Source of the DNA: Myxococcaceae bacterium | GTDB taxonomy: Bacteria; Myxococcota; Myxococcia; Myxococcales; Myxococcaceae | Assembly: GCA_003818285.1 (NCBI GenBank) | Contig: RPRB01000006.1 | Coordinates: 2,504-66,503 of the forward strand | DNA: 64,000 nt | Reading direction: 5' to 3' | Part shown: positions 41,362 to 51,567 of the stretch, one piece after another | Layout: the number at the start of each line of letters is the position of its first letter | Position numbering within the stretch: position 1 is the first letter of the stretch | Translations under genes and position numbers: made by a program | The notes under the pieces: generated by a model | Seen by the model: the letters and a program-made list of their open reading frames with translations, nothing else | Databases searched by the model: none | Told to the model about the DNA's origin: nothing

Positions 41362-41877
41362 TCACTGGAGCAGGAGCAGGTCGTCGTCCAGGACCACCGC
41401 GTCGACGAAGTCCACGGTGATCCGGAACCGATCCGGCCTCTCGGTCGGCATGGCTGTCAGTTGCACGCGCTTGCCGGCGTGCGGGGAGGGCTCCGGGATC
41501 AGGGTGGGGATTATCACCGATCCCCCGATCGGCAGCACCAGCGGGCTCCGCACGTGCTCTGGGACGGGTGTCTGCTCGGGTCCCTTGTGGGGATGGACGT
41601 AGAAGGAGAACACGTCGGGCAGCTCCCGAACGTGGAGCTCCAGACTCCGGGGACGAAGCGTCCGCCAGCCGAGACCTCCCCCCGTCCCGAACCGGACGGG
41701 AGGAGCAGCCGGCACCGTGAGCTCGAACGCGAAGACGTCAGGGGCCTCGGTGACCTCGAACGAAAGTCCGACGCCAGAGACGCCGTCGGGGGCAAACGAC
41801 AGCTTGAACCAGGCCGGAGCGGTCCCCCTGGGGAACCACCCGGATGGGCTCAGGAGCCGGTTGTAGAACTCACGCAT
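41362..41877 (-). CDS. hypothetical protein (171 aa)
   Basis: ORF MREFYNRLLSPSGWFPRGTAP... Confidence 0.5.
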   Translation of the reverse strand: MREFYNRLLSPSGWFPRGTAPAWFKLSFAPDGVSGVGLSFEVTEAPDVFAFELTVPAAPPVRFGTGGGLGWRTLRPRSLELHVRELPDVFSFYVHPHKGPEQTPVPEHVRSPLVLPIGGSVIIPTLIPEPSPHAGKRVQLTAMPTERPDRFRITVDFVDAVVLDDDLLLLQ

Positions 41878-42247
41878 GGGTGATCTGACCCGACACGCAG
41901 GTGACCGTGCCGTTGACCTCGATGGCCAGCTCGCTGACGATGACCTCGCCCCCGCCGCCCATCAGGCTGACGAGCATGGCGTCCACGACGGTGACGCCGT
42001 CCCCGTCGGCCAGGCGCGCCAGGTTGGCAGAGCCAGCTCCGGTGGCCAGGGCCTCGATGGGCGTTCCCCTCAGGGTCATCGTCCCTCCCGACGGGGCGGA
42101 GAAGGACGGCTTCTGCAGGGGGATGGTCGCCAGGAGCTCGCTGGCAGCCGTGAAGAGGAGCAGCATCCCCGGATCTGCCTTGGCGTCGATCCGATCGATC
42201 ACGATCTGGAGCCGGTCGTTCTTGGTGGGCATCGAGTACGATGACAT
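41870..42247 (-). CDS. hypothetical protein (125 aa)
   Basis: ORF MSSYSMPTKNDRLQIVIDRID... Confidence 0.5.
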   Translation of the reverse strand: MSSYSMPTKNDRLQIVIDRIDAKADPGMLLLFTAASELLATIPLQKPSFSAPSGGTMTLRGTPIEALATGAGSANLARLADGDGVTVVDAMLVSLMGGGGEVIVSELAIEVNGTVTCVSGQITHA

Positions 42248-42268
42248 TGCCTGTCCCCTGTTCTTCTG

Positions 42269-42496
42269 CTAGACCCACGCTGTCCCGTTCCAGAACCGGA
42301 CAGGCTTGGTGATCCACGCCACGCCGTCCCACACCTTCGACGGCTTGCTGCTCCACGACGTGTCGTTCCAGACCTTGAGCCTCGAGGCGGCTGCGGCGGT
42401 CGTCACTTCGCCGGAGAAGAAGCCGCCCGACATCGCGAAGTCCCGCGGGCCGTCGTCGACGACGTATCCGCCCGTTGCGCTGAAGCTTCGACTCAT
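42269..42496 (-). CDS. hypothetical protein (75 aa)
   Basis: Internal ATG with an ATGA junction. Repeated W..(K/T)W motifs (KVWNDTSW, KVWDGVAW, RFWNGTAW). Confidence 0.45.
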   Translation of the reverse strand: MSRSFSATGGYVVDDGPRDFAMSGGFFSGEVTTAAAASRLKVWNDTSWSSKPSKVWDGVAWITKPVRFWNGTAWV

Positions 42497-43812
42497 GATG
42501 TCACCACCGGCTTCGGGTCGATGTAGAACGTCGAGTTGTTTCGCATCGCCATCGGATAGATCGTGATCGGTCCCTTCTCCCTTGGCGTCACCGTCACAGC
42601 CATCGAGAACTTCGCGGTCAGCGCGCCGGCCCACGTGCCGTGTCCATCAGGCAGCGTAACAGGAGGGGCGAGATAGGAAACGTCCGCGGCGCTCGTGGCA
42701 CGCGAGCCGCTGACCTGACCGTCAGTGCCGAGATATTCAACGTCGATCCAGATGTCTTGGTTGGTCGGCCGCACGCCGCCCGCCCAGATGCCTTCGACCG
42801 TGACGGTGACCGGCACTCCAATCACTTCATTCCACACCGTGATGGGCAGGGCTTCGAACGGAAGCTTGTTGCGGTTGGACCCTGTCGCCAGTCGCCACGA
42901 GATCGGGAAGGTGCCATCGCTCGCTCCTCCGCTCCTGACGATGGTCGCCTCGGTGAACATGCCGCCGGCCCTGTTGTGCTTCTCAGTCCTGTAGTTGGTG
43001 TCGCCGGTATCGCATCGAATGTACGTGATCTCAAGTCCGCCGAGCGAGGCGATGATGGCGCTGTACGGGGCGCAGGGTCCGATGCGACAATCCTTGAAGA
43101 CGTAGGTGTGAGAGTTGGACGCCGCCCCAGAGATCATGGACTTGCCTGCCCCCATGACCGACAGGTCGCTCCCCTCCTGAAGCAATGTGCCGATAGCCGC
43201 GCCGGGAAGGTAGAGCGTCGTCGGTACGATGGCGCCAACGATGAACGGTTCGCCAAATCCACGAATGCTGACGCGCCCGCCCGGCGAGACGCCTTGCGAG
43301 ACGTTGCCGAAGCTGACTTGGGTTCTCTCGAGAATTGTTATCGAGCCGTTGACGCCCGGAGCAATGCGAGATCCAGTCGCCGTACTGACCAGAGCCAGCA
43401 AGCAACGAACCATGCGCCACGACGTTTGCCCTGAGCCTATGGCAATGCTTGTGACGTTGGCGCCGGTGCCGCAGTAGAACTGCACGCCGTAGCATTCGGC
43501 GACGCTTCCGGAGAGAACGAGGTTGCCGCCTAGCTGCGTTGTAATCTTGGCCGTCGTTCGAAGGTCGGCAAAGACGGGAGGAACCGAACCGCCGACGCGC
43601 AGAACGCAATAGACGTAGCACGGACTGGCTTCGGTGCCTGGCGAAGTGATGAGCGCAGCGCCGGCGTTGATCTCATTGTGGTCATCAGCAAGAAAGAACA
43701 CATCACTGATTGCCTTGCTCGTCATCGCCGCGGCGAGCGTCAGGTATGCGTTGGCCCAGTCTGCCCCTGAGGCAGCGCCCGTCGCTCCGCTCCATACGAA
43801 ATAGTTGGCCAT
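42493..43812 (-). CDS. beta-helix (pectate-lyase-like) tailspike / depolymerase candidate
   Basis: Internal ATG with a TGATG junction. 439 aa, rich in G/S/T/N/V short repeats typical of parallel beta-helices. G+C is lower than the genome average by eye. Confidence 0.55.
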   Translation of the reverse strand: MANYFVWSGATGAASGADWANAYLTLAAAMTSKAISDVFFLADDHNEINAGAALITSPGTEASPCYVYCVLRVGGSVPPVFADLRTTAKITTQLGGNLVLSGSVAECYGVQFYCGTGANVTSIAIGSGQTSWRMVRCLLALVSTATGSRIAPGVNGSITILERTQVSFGNVSQGVSPGGRVSIRGFGEPFIVGAIVPTTLYLPGAAIGTLLQEGSDLSVMGAGKSMISGAASNSHTYVFKDCRIGPCAPYSAIIASLGGLEITYIRCDTGDTNYRTEKHNRAGGMFTEATIVRSGGASDGTFPISWRLATGSNRNKLPFEALPITVWNEVIGVPVTVTVEGIWAGGVRPTNQDIWIDVEYLGTDGQVSGSRATSAADVSYLAPPVTLPDGHGTWAGALTAKFSMAVTVTPREKGPITIYPMAMRNNSTFYIDPKPVVTS

Positions 43813-44069
43813 CAGTTGGTGTCCACCCAGACGTCGTAGAGAGCAGGGTCGAGCGGAGCCATCGTGCCGACGGTCATCCTGGCGATCCTCTCCCAGTCCG
43901 CGTTCTCTCTCGCGTACAGCTTGTCGTCGATCGGAGCCTCTGGAAGTGTATTGGCTGCCGACGCTGCCTTCCATCGCGCGCCGTCCCAGATGTACTGCGG
44001 GACGCCGCCCAGAGGAGGGACGGGATAGAGCTGACCAACTGTTGGTGAGGCAGGGAAGTTGAGGGCCAT
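43812..44069 (-). CDS. small fibre-associated protein (85 aa)
   Basis: MALNFPASPTVGQLYP ... YIWDGARW resembles short fibre N-terminal modules. Confidence 0.5.
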   Translation of the reverse strand: MALNFPASPTVGQLYPVPPLGGVPQYIWDGARWKAASAANTLPEAPIDDKLYARENADWERIARMTVGTMAPLDPALYDVWVDTN

Positions 44070-44070
44070 G

Positions 44071-47000
44071 TTATCTATACTCCTTGATTATAACTCCACC
44101 ACTGCCACCACTGCCGCCAAGAACTCCAACATTTTCATTCACTGAATAGCCAGCAGAACCGCCGCCACCGGGGAATTGTCCACCGCCACCGGCCACTAGA
44201 TAATCCCCCACCTTTCCGCCAGAGCCGCCCATCGGTGCATTGCCGCCGACGCCCGGAAGCACGAACGTTGGAGTCATGCTGCCAACAGCCCACGTTCCGG
44301 GAGCGCCCGCGATGTTAAGGTCGCCGCCTGAACTCGTCCCGCCCGCGCCACCAGCGATGTTGCTAACTGCGCCACCGGCTCCACTCGTGCCGCCGCCACC
44401 ACCGCCAGCGGTCAACAAGTCTCCGAATGTCGTAGTGCCGCCAACTGCTGCGCCACCACCACCAGCGCCGATCGTCACGGTTTGCGTCGTTGGTGAATTG
44501 ATGCGCTTGCGAGCGTATCCGCCTGACCCGCCGCCGCCTCCGGTAGAGACCTGCCCCGCGGTTGTCGCGCCACCATTGCCGCCGCCGCCACCGCCGCCCC
44601 ATGCTTCCACAACGATGAAAGCAACATCGTCGCTTGACGGCGACCACTCGCCGCTTGCTGTGATGATGGTCTCGCCGATCAGCAAACCATCACCGGGCAG
44701 CACGCCCTGAATGGCGACACTCCATGCATCAGACGCCACGCGCATCGTCACGTCCTGCCAGAAATAGTTACCCTCTCCGTAATTGGTTCTAGGACAGCCC
44801 GCGCCGGAAGTCGTGTACGTCGCAAGCACGTACGTAACTTCATCTGGATACTGTGCGGCTGGCGGTGGGGTCGTCATAAAATAATTGTCGTCATCGCGGG
44901 CAATGCAAATGAAAGTACCGGCAGCAACGTTGGCTGGCACTTCAAGCGCAGCCTCCACCCATCCCTCACCGATGCTTTCATCGGTCATGACGGTGGTGCC
45001 GATAAGCACGTCGAAATCGAAGTCATAAAGAAAGAGTTGTCGCGTTGATACTGCTGACGGAGCGCCCGACCTGTAGAACCTTAGATGCGTTATCTGACAA
45101 TCCACATTCATCAAAAGGACGGTACCAAAGCGAAGGTTCGCGGCCTCGACAGTTGTCGAAGGTACAGCGGCATCCGGGAAAATGTGATGGGCTGCTCCGA
45201 GTGCACTTTCTGTATCCTTCGGGCCATACAGAGCATGACCTTCTGTGTCGATGTAGTAATCTCCATCAAGCCCAAGACTGCTGGCAGGGGGACCGACGCC
45301 GTCATGAATGATGGCTCCCGTCGCCTGTATGGCAACCGGCCACGTCTCGCCCAAAGACATGTACTGCCATTCAAGGTCGGTGCCGTAGTTGTATGGGGCC
45401 TCGTAGCCACTAGGAGGAAAGACGTCCGGGCCGTCGCCGACACCCATGCGGATGCCGAAGTGAACGGCGGCATCAGGATTGGTTGGTACCGGGGCAACGG
45501 TTTGCGCGTAAGCTAGAGCATCAAAGGAAGCGACAATCGCCAAGTGCTGATCGGCCACAACAGGAATTGGAGCGGGGAAGGCGGCGGACACCCAACCGTC
45601 AAAGCCCGCAGTCTCAACCGTCGCATTGGTTACACCAAGCAGCGTCCCCGTCGTTCCGTCGTACAGATAAAGTTGCCGCGTCGTATTTGCAGAAGTGGGG
45701 TTGCGCCGAAACTTCGCGCTGATGACCTGCCCATCAACGAGTGCGATGAACTCGTTGCCGACCACTAATGGATTTGGGTCGAACTCCCACAAGGGAGGTT
45801 CGGTCAACATGAACTCTGGGTCCAGCATCACGGCTTCGAACTTCGGGCCGTAAAGCGTGTCCGTGTCCGTATCGATGTAGTAGTCGCCGCCCTCGCCCAG
45901 CGCATCGTCGGGCAGGCCTGTGCCTGAATGAATTGTCTGGCCGCTGCCGCCGCCGCCTCCGGTTCCTGGTATGCCTTGTGGACCTTGCGGTCCCTCCGGA
46001 CCTTCAGGTCCAGCAGGACCTGCGGCACCGTCAACGCCGTCAGCTCCATCTGCACCATCAGCACCGGGCACGCCCTGGATGCCCTGAGGTCCTGCCGGGC
46101 CCACCGCTCCGTCAGCACCGGCAGGTCCTTCAGGTCCTTCAGGTCCAGCCGGTCCGGCTTCTCCGAGGGGGACCGCCACCGTCTCGACCCACTGGATGGT
46201 GTCGCCGTCGTCGTAGTTGATGAAGAGAACGCCGATCGAGCTGTCCCACCACAGCGCGCCGACGGGCGCACCGACGGGGGCGGTGTCGCTGATGATGATG
46301 ATCGAAGCGTCGCCCCCTCCCGTGCCTGGCTCACCTTGCGGACCTTCAGGACCCATCGGCCCTTCAGGTCCCATCGGTCCCACATCGCCGGTATCTCCCT
46401 TCGGACCCTGAGATCCGTCTGCTCCATCTGCTCCAGGAGGGCCTGCTACGCCGTCAGCGCCAGCAGGACCAGCAGGACCAGCAGGGCCAGCACTGCCGTC
46501 AGCACCAGCAGGACCTTGCAGTCCAGGTTCACCGTCATCTCCCTTTGGTCCTTCTGGTCCTTCTGGTCCTTCTGGTCCTGTCGCTCCGTCGATGCCCGTC
46601 GGTCCCTGGGGTCCCTCGGGTCCAGGAGCACCTGGAGCACCGGGTTCTCCTGGGTCGCCCTTCTCGCCCACGGTCCGGAGGAGGACGGTGATGGCCTGGT
46701 TGGCTGCGAACACGCCGGAGCCCGACGCGGACACGAACTCGACGGGCACCGTGAAGTAGTCTGCGAGGTTGGTGGCCGGCGCAGTCATCCGCCAGACCTG
46801 GTTGCTCAGAGCGAAGTCCCGGTCCTGGATGATGAACTCGTCGTCGGTGTTGGCGAGGGACAGGAGGACGGACAGGTCGAAGTCGTCCTGCGTGATCCAG
46901 TCGACCGACAGCATGGTGGCGGCCTGCTGGTCTGTGTTGTTCCAGCGCAGCTTGCCGGTGCCGGGGTCCGCCATCGCCACCGAACTTGTGTCGGCCCGGT

Positions 47001-47400
47001 AGTGGAAGACCGAGGTCGAAGCCCCCTGCTCCCCGGTGGCGCCAGTCTCACCCGGCGGGCCCTGGTCGGCGGCGTCGCCGAACACGGTCGACTGGGCTGG
47101 CCCCAGGGTCCGGACCCGCAGAGGAGCGACGATCGCCCCGTCGTTGTGCTGGAGGAAGACGAGGACCTGCTCCGACGGGTCGTCGTTGTACACGGTCACC
47201 AGCTCGACCGTCCGGAGGATGCCCGCCCCAGGCGAGGGCGACGCCACGACGGTGCCCCCGCCCGCGTCCGCGACGATCGTGTTGAGCCTCCCCGGCGTGA
47301 TCGTGTCGTCGATGGTGGTCTTGTCGACCCACGACGCGTGGACGCGCGCCGCCCTGTCGGTGACGACCTCCAGCGTGTCGCCCTCCTGGAGTATCAGCAT
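44071..47400 (-). CDS. collagen-like tail fibre protein (1109 aa)
   Basis: Long Gly-X-Y runs ([13 protein letters not shown]; [22 protein letters not shown]...). Two similar modules ([12 protein letters not shown].. / [12 protein letters not shown]..). Gly-rich C-terminus. Confidence 0.85.
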   Translation of the reverse strand: MLILQEGDTLEVVTDRAARVHASWVDKTTIDDTITPGRLNTIVADAGGGTVVASPSPGAGILRTVELVTVYNDDPSEQVLVFLQHNDGAIVAPLRVRTLGPAQSTVFGDAADQGPPGETGATGEQGASTSVFHYRADTSSVAMADPGTGKLRWNNTDQQAATMLSVDWITQDDFDLSVLLSLANTDDEFIIQDRDFALSNQVWRMTAPATNLADYFTVPVEFVSASGSGVFAANQAITVLLRTVGEKGDPGEPGAPGAPGPEGPQGPTGIDGATGPEGPEGPEGPKGDDGEPGLQGPAGADGSAGPAGPAGPAGADGVAGPPGADGADGSQGPKGDTGDVGPMGPEGPMGPEGPQGEPGTGGGDASIIIISDTAPVGAPVGALWWDSSIGVLFINYDDGDTIQWVETVAVPLGEAGPAGPEGPEGPAGADGAVGPAGPQGIQGVPGADGADGADGVDGAAGPAGPEGPEGPQGPQGIPGTGGGGGSGQTIHSGTGLPDDALGEGGDYYIDTDTDTLYGPKFEAVMLDPEFMLTEPPLWEFDPNPLVVGNEFIALVDGQVISAKFRRNPTSANTTRQLYLYDGTTGTLLGVTNATVETAGFDGWVSAAFPAPIPVVADQHLAIVASFDALAYAQTVAPVPTNPDAAVHFGIRMGVGDGPDVFPPSGYEAPYNYGTDLEWQYMSLGETWPVAIQATGAIIHDGVGPPASSLGLDGDYYIDTEGHALYGPKDTESALGAAHHIFPDAAVPSTTVEAANLRFGTVLLMNVDCQITHLRFYRSGAPSAVSTRQLFLYDFDFDVLIGTTVMTDESIGEGWVEAALEVPANVAAGTFICIARDDDNYFMTTPPPAAQYPDEVTYVLATYTTSGAGCPRTNYGEGNYFWQDVTMRVASDAWSVAIQGVLPGDGLLIGETIITASGEWSPSSDDVAFIVVEAWGGGGGGGNGGATTAGQVSTGGGGGSGGYARKRINSPTTQTVTIGAGGGGAAVGGTTTFGDLLTAGGGGGGTSGAGGAVSNIAGGAGGTSSGGDLNIAGAPGTWAVGSMTPTFVLPGVGGNAPMGGSGGKVGDYLVAGGGGQFPGGGGSAGYSVNENVGVLGGSGGSGGVIIKEYR

Positions 47401-50021
47401 CAGGTTGCCTCATCTTCGCTGTCGTCTTCGTCCTCAGTGATCCGCTCGAACTCTTTGATGCGGCCCTTCTCGTCGTGCTTCGTGACCGTCGTGATCTCCC
47501 GCCCGCCCCTGTTGACGATGGTCACGGGGACGGTGACGTGGATCGTCTGCTCGTCCTTCGGGGCGCGCTTGCTGAGGGCGGTCGCCGCGTCCTTCTGGGT
47601 CTTGAAGTTCCCGATCTTCCCGTTCTTGTCGTCGGCCCTCCACCTCACCGCCTCGCCCCGTCCCGACGCGACCGCACCCCCTGCGCCGCCGGACCTCTGC
47701 TCGTTCGTGACGACCTGCTTGACGGTGCCCACCTTGGTGTTGCCCTTGTAGGCGTTGTAGGACTTGAGCTTGACCGGCGCCTCCTTGCCCAGGACCTTGG
47801 TCTCGCGGTTGTGGTCGGAGGCCTCGTACATGTCCAGGCCTGCGACCTGGCCGGCGAACTTGCCCTTCTCGGTGGTCTCTCCGACCTTGGGCGCAGCCGC
47901 TGCCGCCCCTCCGCCCCCGCCCGATCCGAACTGCCCGTTCTCTGCTCGCTCCTGGTTCTCGTTGTACTCGTCCAGGGCCACCTCGGGGACGTCGGTCTCG
48001 TTGTTGAAGCCCGTCATCTGGATCTCCTGGAAGACCTCGGGCCCGAGGACGATCTCGCCCCGGTAGGGCTCCATCTCGTCGATCTGCTCAGGCCCGTTGT
48101 AGGTGATCGTGACGTGCGGGTTGTAGTCCTCGTAGTCGTACGAGCAGCCCTGGTGCTTCAAGGAGGAGTGGCGCCAGGACAGGTCGGAGTTGCCGAAGGC
48201 GAGGACGACAGCCTTGCCGAACCTCTCGACGATGCGGGGTCCGCCGGGGACGACGCGGATGTGCCCCTCCAGGTCCTGGCCCCAGGCCTCGCCCATCTTG
48301 ATCCAGTCGACCGCCTCCTTCGAGTACATGATCGTGACGTGCATCTCGGCCGGGGTGACCGTGGACTTGAAGCCCTGCGAGGCCGCCCAGTCGATGATGG
48401 CCTGCGCGTTCAGCACCCTGCGGTAGACGTAGAGGGGCTTCGGGGTCGCGTCGGCGAGGGCGTCCCGGACGGCGGCGTTGCCCGACGGGGTCCGCATCCT
48501 GTCCCTGCCCTTGATCCTGCGGCGCCGCTGGGCAGCCCGGAAGTCGTTGGCCGCCCTCTTGGCCGGGTCCAGGTTGCTGTTGGCGGGCTCGGGCAGATCC
48601 GCGTCTGGGTCCTCGGGGTCCACCTCGGCGTTCGGGTCAGCGTTCGGATCGACCACGGGCTCAGGTTCTGCGCGCAGACCCTCCTCGTGGTCTGGGTCGT
48701 CGAACTCCTCGATGATCTGCTCGATGCCTGGGTAGGTTCCGTCCTCGATGAGCTGCGCCTCCCTGGCCTTCTTGAGCACCACCGGGTCCAGGATCGCGGC
48801 ATCCACGTCCACCTTGAACGTGTCGGCCTTCTTCTTCTCCAGGTCAGCCTTCTGCTCCGGCGTCATCTGCCAGAGGGAGTTCCACACGTAGAAGATCTCC
48901 TCGGGCTTGGAGCCGAGGGCGGACCGGATCAAGACTTCGTCCAGGCGCCAGAGCACCGGGGAGTCGTCGTTCTTCTGCTTCGAGGAGACCGAGTCGTAGT
49001 AGTTCCTGGTGTCGCTCTCGCCCGTCGCGCTCATGCCCGCGGGGGACTGGCCGAAGAAGCGGGTCGCCGGGATGTCGGCTGCGCCGCAGACCATCAGGAA
49101 GTACATCTGCAGGATCTCGGGCAGGGACGCGAACGAGGCCACCTGCCTCTGCCACTCCTCCTCCTTGTCGATCAGGAGCATGGAGTGCACGCCCTTGATG
49201 ATGTTGGCGAGGCCGAACCGCTCGAGCAGGTTCCGCTCGTAGGTCCTGGATGAGATGTTCAGCGTCAGCCCTGGGATCTTGATGATGTCGATCTTCGACT
49301 CCGCCACGAGCTGAGCCACCGACGCAGTCACCAGGCCGCAGGACTTGATGGCGTCGGCGACGTTCAGCAGGACGGAGTCGCCCCAGGGCTGCTTGGTCGT
49401 CAGGACGTCCTGTCTCGGCATCCCGACGAAGGGGACGACGCGGCTCGGGTGGAAGCGGACCAGGGTGCCGTTGAACAGGGAGTGGCGCTCGTAGTAGGAG
49501 GGCTCACCGTACCAGGGCGAGGTGATGTCGTCGATCATGGGGCCAGGCGACACGTCCCAGCGGCTCACCGGGTGCAGGAACTCCAGGTCTCCGACCCTGA
49601 CCGCCTCGATGTCCACCGGGGTCTCGTTGGATGCGCCCTTGATGCCCATGACGATGCCGGCGCCCCCGTAGAGCCGAGCCTTCTGCTTGGCCACCTTCAT
49701 CTTCTGCTGCAGGCCAAGGCGCTGCTCCTCCGCCTCGATCGCCGTGATCTCCTCCGGGTCGCCGGCCTGCCAGGACCGCCACTCCCTGGTGGCGTCCTCC
49801 GCCGGAATGTCGATGAGCTTCCGGGCGATCCAGTCGCCGCGGTAGGCCGCGTCGGCCTGCGCCTGGTCCATGTCCGGCATGACCCAGTTGACGCCGGTCA
49901 TCTTGTCCTTGGCCGTGCCGAGGCCCGTCGCCAGGTTCTCCAGGCTGTCCCGCGCAGACTTCTGGCTCGGTGGGGGCTTGGATGCCCGACGGGTTGGTGC
50001 GGAAGCTGCTCTCTTAGCCAT
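47400..50021 (-). CDS. portal protein (DUF1073-type) with C-terminal 2H-phosphoesterase-like domain
   Basis: N-terminal [16 protein letters not shown] and ~470 aa of portal-like sequence. Residues ~527-667 carry two H-V-T-I motifs 75 aa apart (MHVTIMY, PHVTITY). A long charged tail follows. Confidence 0.85.
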   Translation of the reverse strand: MAKRAASAPTRRASKPPPSQKSARDSLENLATGLGTAKDKMTGVNWVMPDMDQAQADAAYRGDWIARKLIDIPAEDATREWRSWQAGDPEEITAIEAEEQRLGLQQKMKVAKQKARLYGGAGIVMGIKGASNETPVDIEAVRVGDLEFLHPVSRWDVSPGPMIDDITSPWYGEPSYYERHSLFNGTLVRFHPSRVVPFVGMPRQDVLTTKQPWGDSVLLNVADAIKSCGLVTASVAQLVAESKIDIIKIPGLTLNISSRTYERNLLERFGLANIIKGVHSMLLIDKEEEWQRQVASFASLPEILQMYFLMVCGAADIPATRFFGQSPAGMSATGESDTRNYYDSVSSKQKNDDSPVLWRLDEVLIRSALGSKPEEIFYVWNSLWQMTPEQKADLEKKKADTFKVDVDAAILDPVVLKKAREAQLIEDGTYPGIEQIIEEFDDPDHEEGLRAEPEPVVDPNADPNAEVDPEDPDADLPEPANSNLDPAKRAANDFRAAQRRRRIKGRDRMRTPSGNAAVRDALADATPKPLYVYRRVLNAQAIIDWAASQGFKSTVTPAEMHVTIMYSKEAVDWIKMGEAWGQDLEGHIRVVPGGPRIVERFGKAVVLAFGNSDLSWRHSSLKHQGCSYDYEDYNPHVTITYNGPEQIDEMEPYRGEIVLGPEVFQEIQMTGFNNETDVPEVALDEYNENQERAENGQFGSGGGGGAAAAAPKVGETTEKGKFAGQVAGLDMYEASDHNRETKVLGKEAPVKLKSYNAYKGNTKVGTVKQVVTNEQRSGGAGGAVASGRGEAVRWRADDKNGKIGNFKTQKDAATALSKRAPKDEQTIHVTVPVTIVNRGGREITTVTKHDEKGRIKEFERITEDEDDSEDEAT

Positions 50022-51567
50022 CTGTGTTACCCCTGACCCAACTGAGCGATGTGTCGTAGTTGTAGGTCTTCTCGATCATCTTGTTGAAGGCGCCGGCCGA
50101 AGCGTCCACCTGGTCCTTGAACTGGCCCGACGGGAAGGCTTCGTGCTCGTTGATGAAGTCCCGGTTCCACTTCTTTCGCAGGAGCTTGACGTTGCCTGCC
50201 TGCACCGCAGCCGCGTAGGGCTCGGCCCGGACCTCCTTCTTGCCGGTCACCCGGTCGATGAAGCAGAGGTGCCCGTGCAGGTTGGCGACCGTGCGCTGCG
50301 CGCTCTCCTTGCCGCCGGACCCCGGCTCCTGCTCCACGTAGACGACGGTCCGCTGGATGCTGTCGTCCAGCTCGGCCGTCGCCTTGATCTTGGTCTCTCG
50401 GGTGTAGGCGTCCCACTGGCCCCGGACGACGTCCTCGACGATCACGGTGCCGTCGGCCATCTGGTTCATGAGCACGCCCGCCGTGTGGGCGCCGCCTCCG
50501 GACGTGCCGGCCTTGTCCCAGTACCTGACCCGCTTCTTGATCTCGGACTGGGGGAACGAGCCGATGATGCGCATCTCCTCGATGGGGAACATGCCGCCGC
50601 CCTGGATGATCGGGTTCTGCTGATACAGGCTCTCCCACGAGACTTCGGTGTAGGTCTTCCGCTGCTCCAGGAGGAACTCCAGGGACTTGAACTCTGGGAA
50701 CAGGGCCTCGCCGACGGACCGGGGCTCGCAGTTCACCCGGATCGACTCCTCGGTGGCGAAGGCCGGGTAGCGGAGGATGGTCATGTCGGGGAAGCGCTCG
50801 ATCAGTCGGCCGGCGGGGTCGTCCACGTGCCACCTGGTGACGGTCATGAGCATGCCCGCCCGGTCGTCGAACCGGGACATGAAGTCGTCCGTCATCCAGG
50901 ACCAGGTCTTGTCTCGGATGGTCGGCGACTGCGCCTCGCCCCGGCCCTTGATCGGATCGTCGACCACGCCGAAGTCCAGCGACTTCCCGGTGATCTGCCC
51001 GTCGGGGGCGGTCGTGTTCTCGAAGTAGCCCTTGCGCCCGACGAAGTGCATCAGGTGGCTGTTCCGCTGGTACTGGCCCGCGTACTCGCCGCCGCCCTTC
51101 AGGGGCAGGATGCGCGTGTCCGGGAACGCCCTCTTGAAGCGATCGTCCTCGAACCGCCTCTGCAGCTCCGTGTTGGTCTTCGTGCCCAGGTCGCCCGAGT
51201 ACGATGCGAAGATCGTCCGGAAGTCGGGCTCGTGCCCGTGGAACCAGGACACCCCGTCCTGCACGCTCCTGGACTTTCCATGTTGCGGCGGAGCCATCAG
51301 GAGCAGCTTCGGCCGGTGGCCGTTCTTCAGGCGGATGAAGAACCTCTGCAGGAGGCCGCTGACCTGGCGCGGCCACCAGCCGACCCGCATCTCGGGGTCC
51401 ATCATCTTGCGGTAGGCGTACAGGTTCTCCCTGGCCTCCGCCGCTTGCAGGTCCATGATCAGGTCCAGGTCCTGCTGGGTGAACCTGGGGCGGTTGCGGC
51501 TGTCGTGCTCTGCGCGGGCGATGGCCTCCCTGATCTGCTCCTTGCGGGGGTTGTGCGCGTCCATCAT
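50014..51567 (-). CDS. terL: terminase large subunit
   Basis: Internal ATG with a TGATG junction. Walker A LLLMAPPQHGKS. 517 aa. Immediately upstream of the portal gene. Confidence 0.85.
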   Translation of the reverse strand: MMDAHNPRKEQIREAIARAEHDSRNRPRFTQQDLDLIMDLQAAEARENLYAYRKMMDPEMRVGWWPRQVSGLLQRFFIRLKNGHRPKLLLMAPPQHGKSRSVQDGVSWFHGHEPDFRTIFASYSGDLGTKTNTELQRRFEDDRFKRAFPDTRILPLKGGGEYAGQYQRNSHLMHFVGRKGYFENTTAPDGQITGKSLDFGVVDDPIKGRGEAQSPTIRDKTWSWMTDDFMSRFDDRAGMLMTVTRWHVDDPAGRLIERFPDMTILRYPAFATEESIRVNCEPRSVGEALFPEFKSLEFLLEQRKTYTEVSWESLYQQNPIIQGGGMFPIEEMRIIGSFPQSEIKKRVRYWDKAGTSGGGAHTAGVLMNQMADGTVIVEDVVRGQWDAYTRETKIKATAELDDSIQRTVVYVEQEPGSGGKESAQRTVANLHGHLCFIDRVTGKKEVRAEPYAAAVQAGNVKLLRKKWNRDFINEHEAFPSGQFKDQVDASAGAFNKMIEKTYNYDTSLSWVRGNTDG

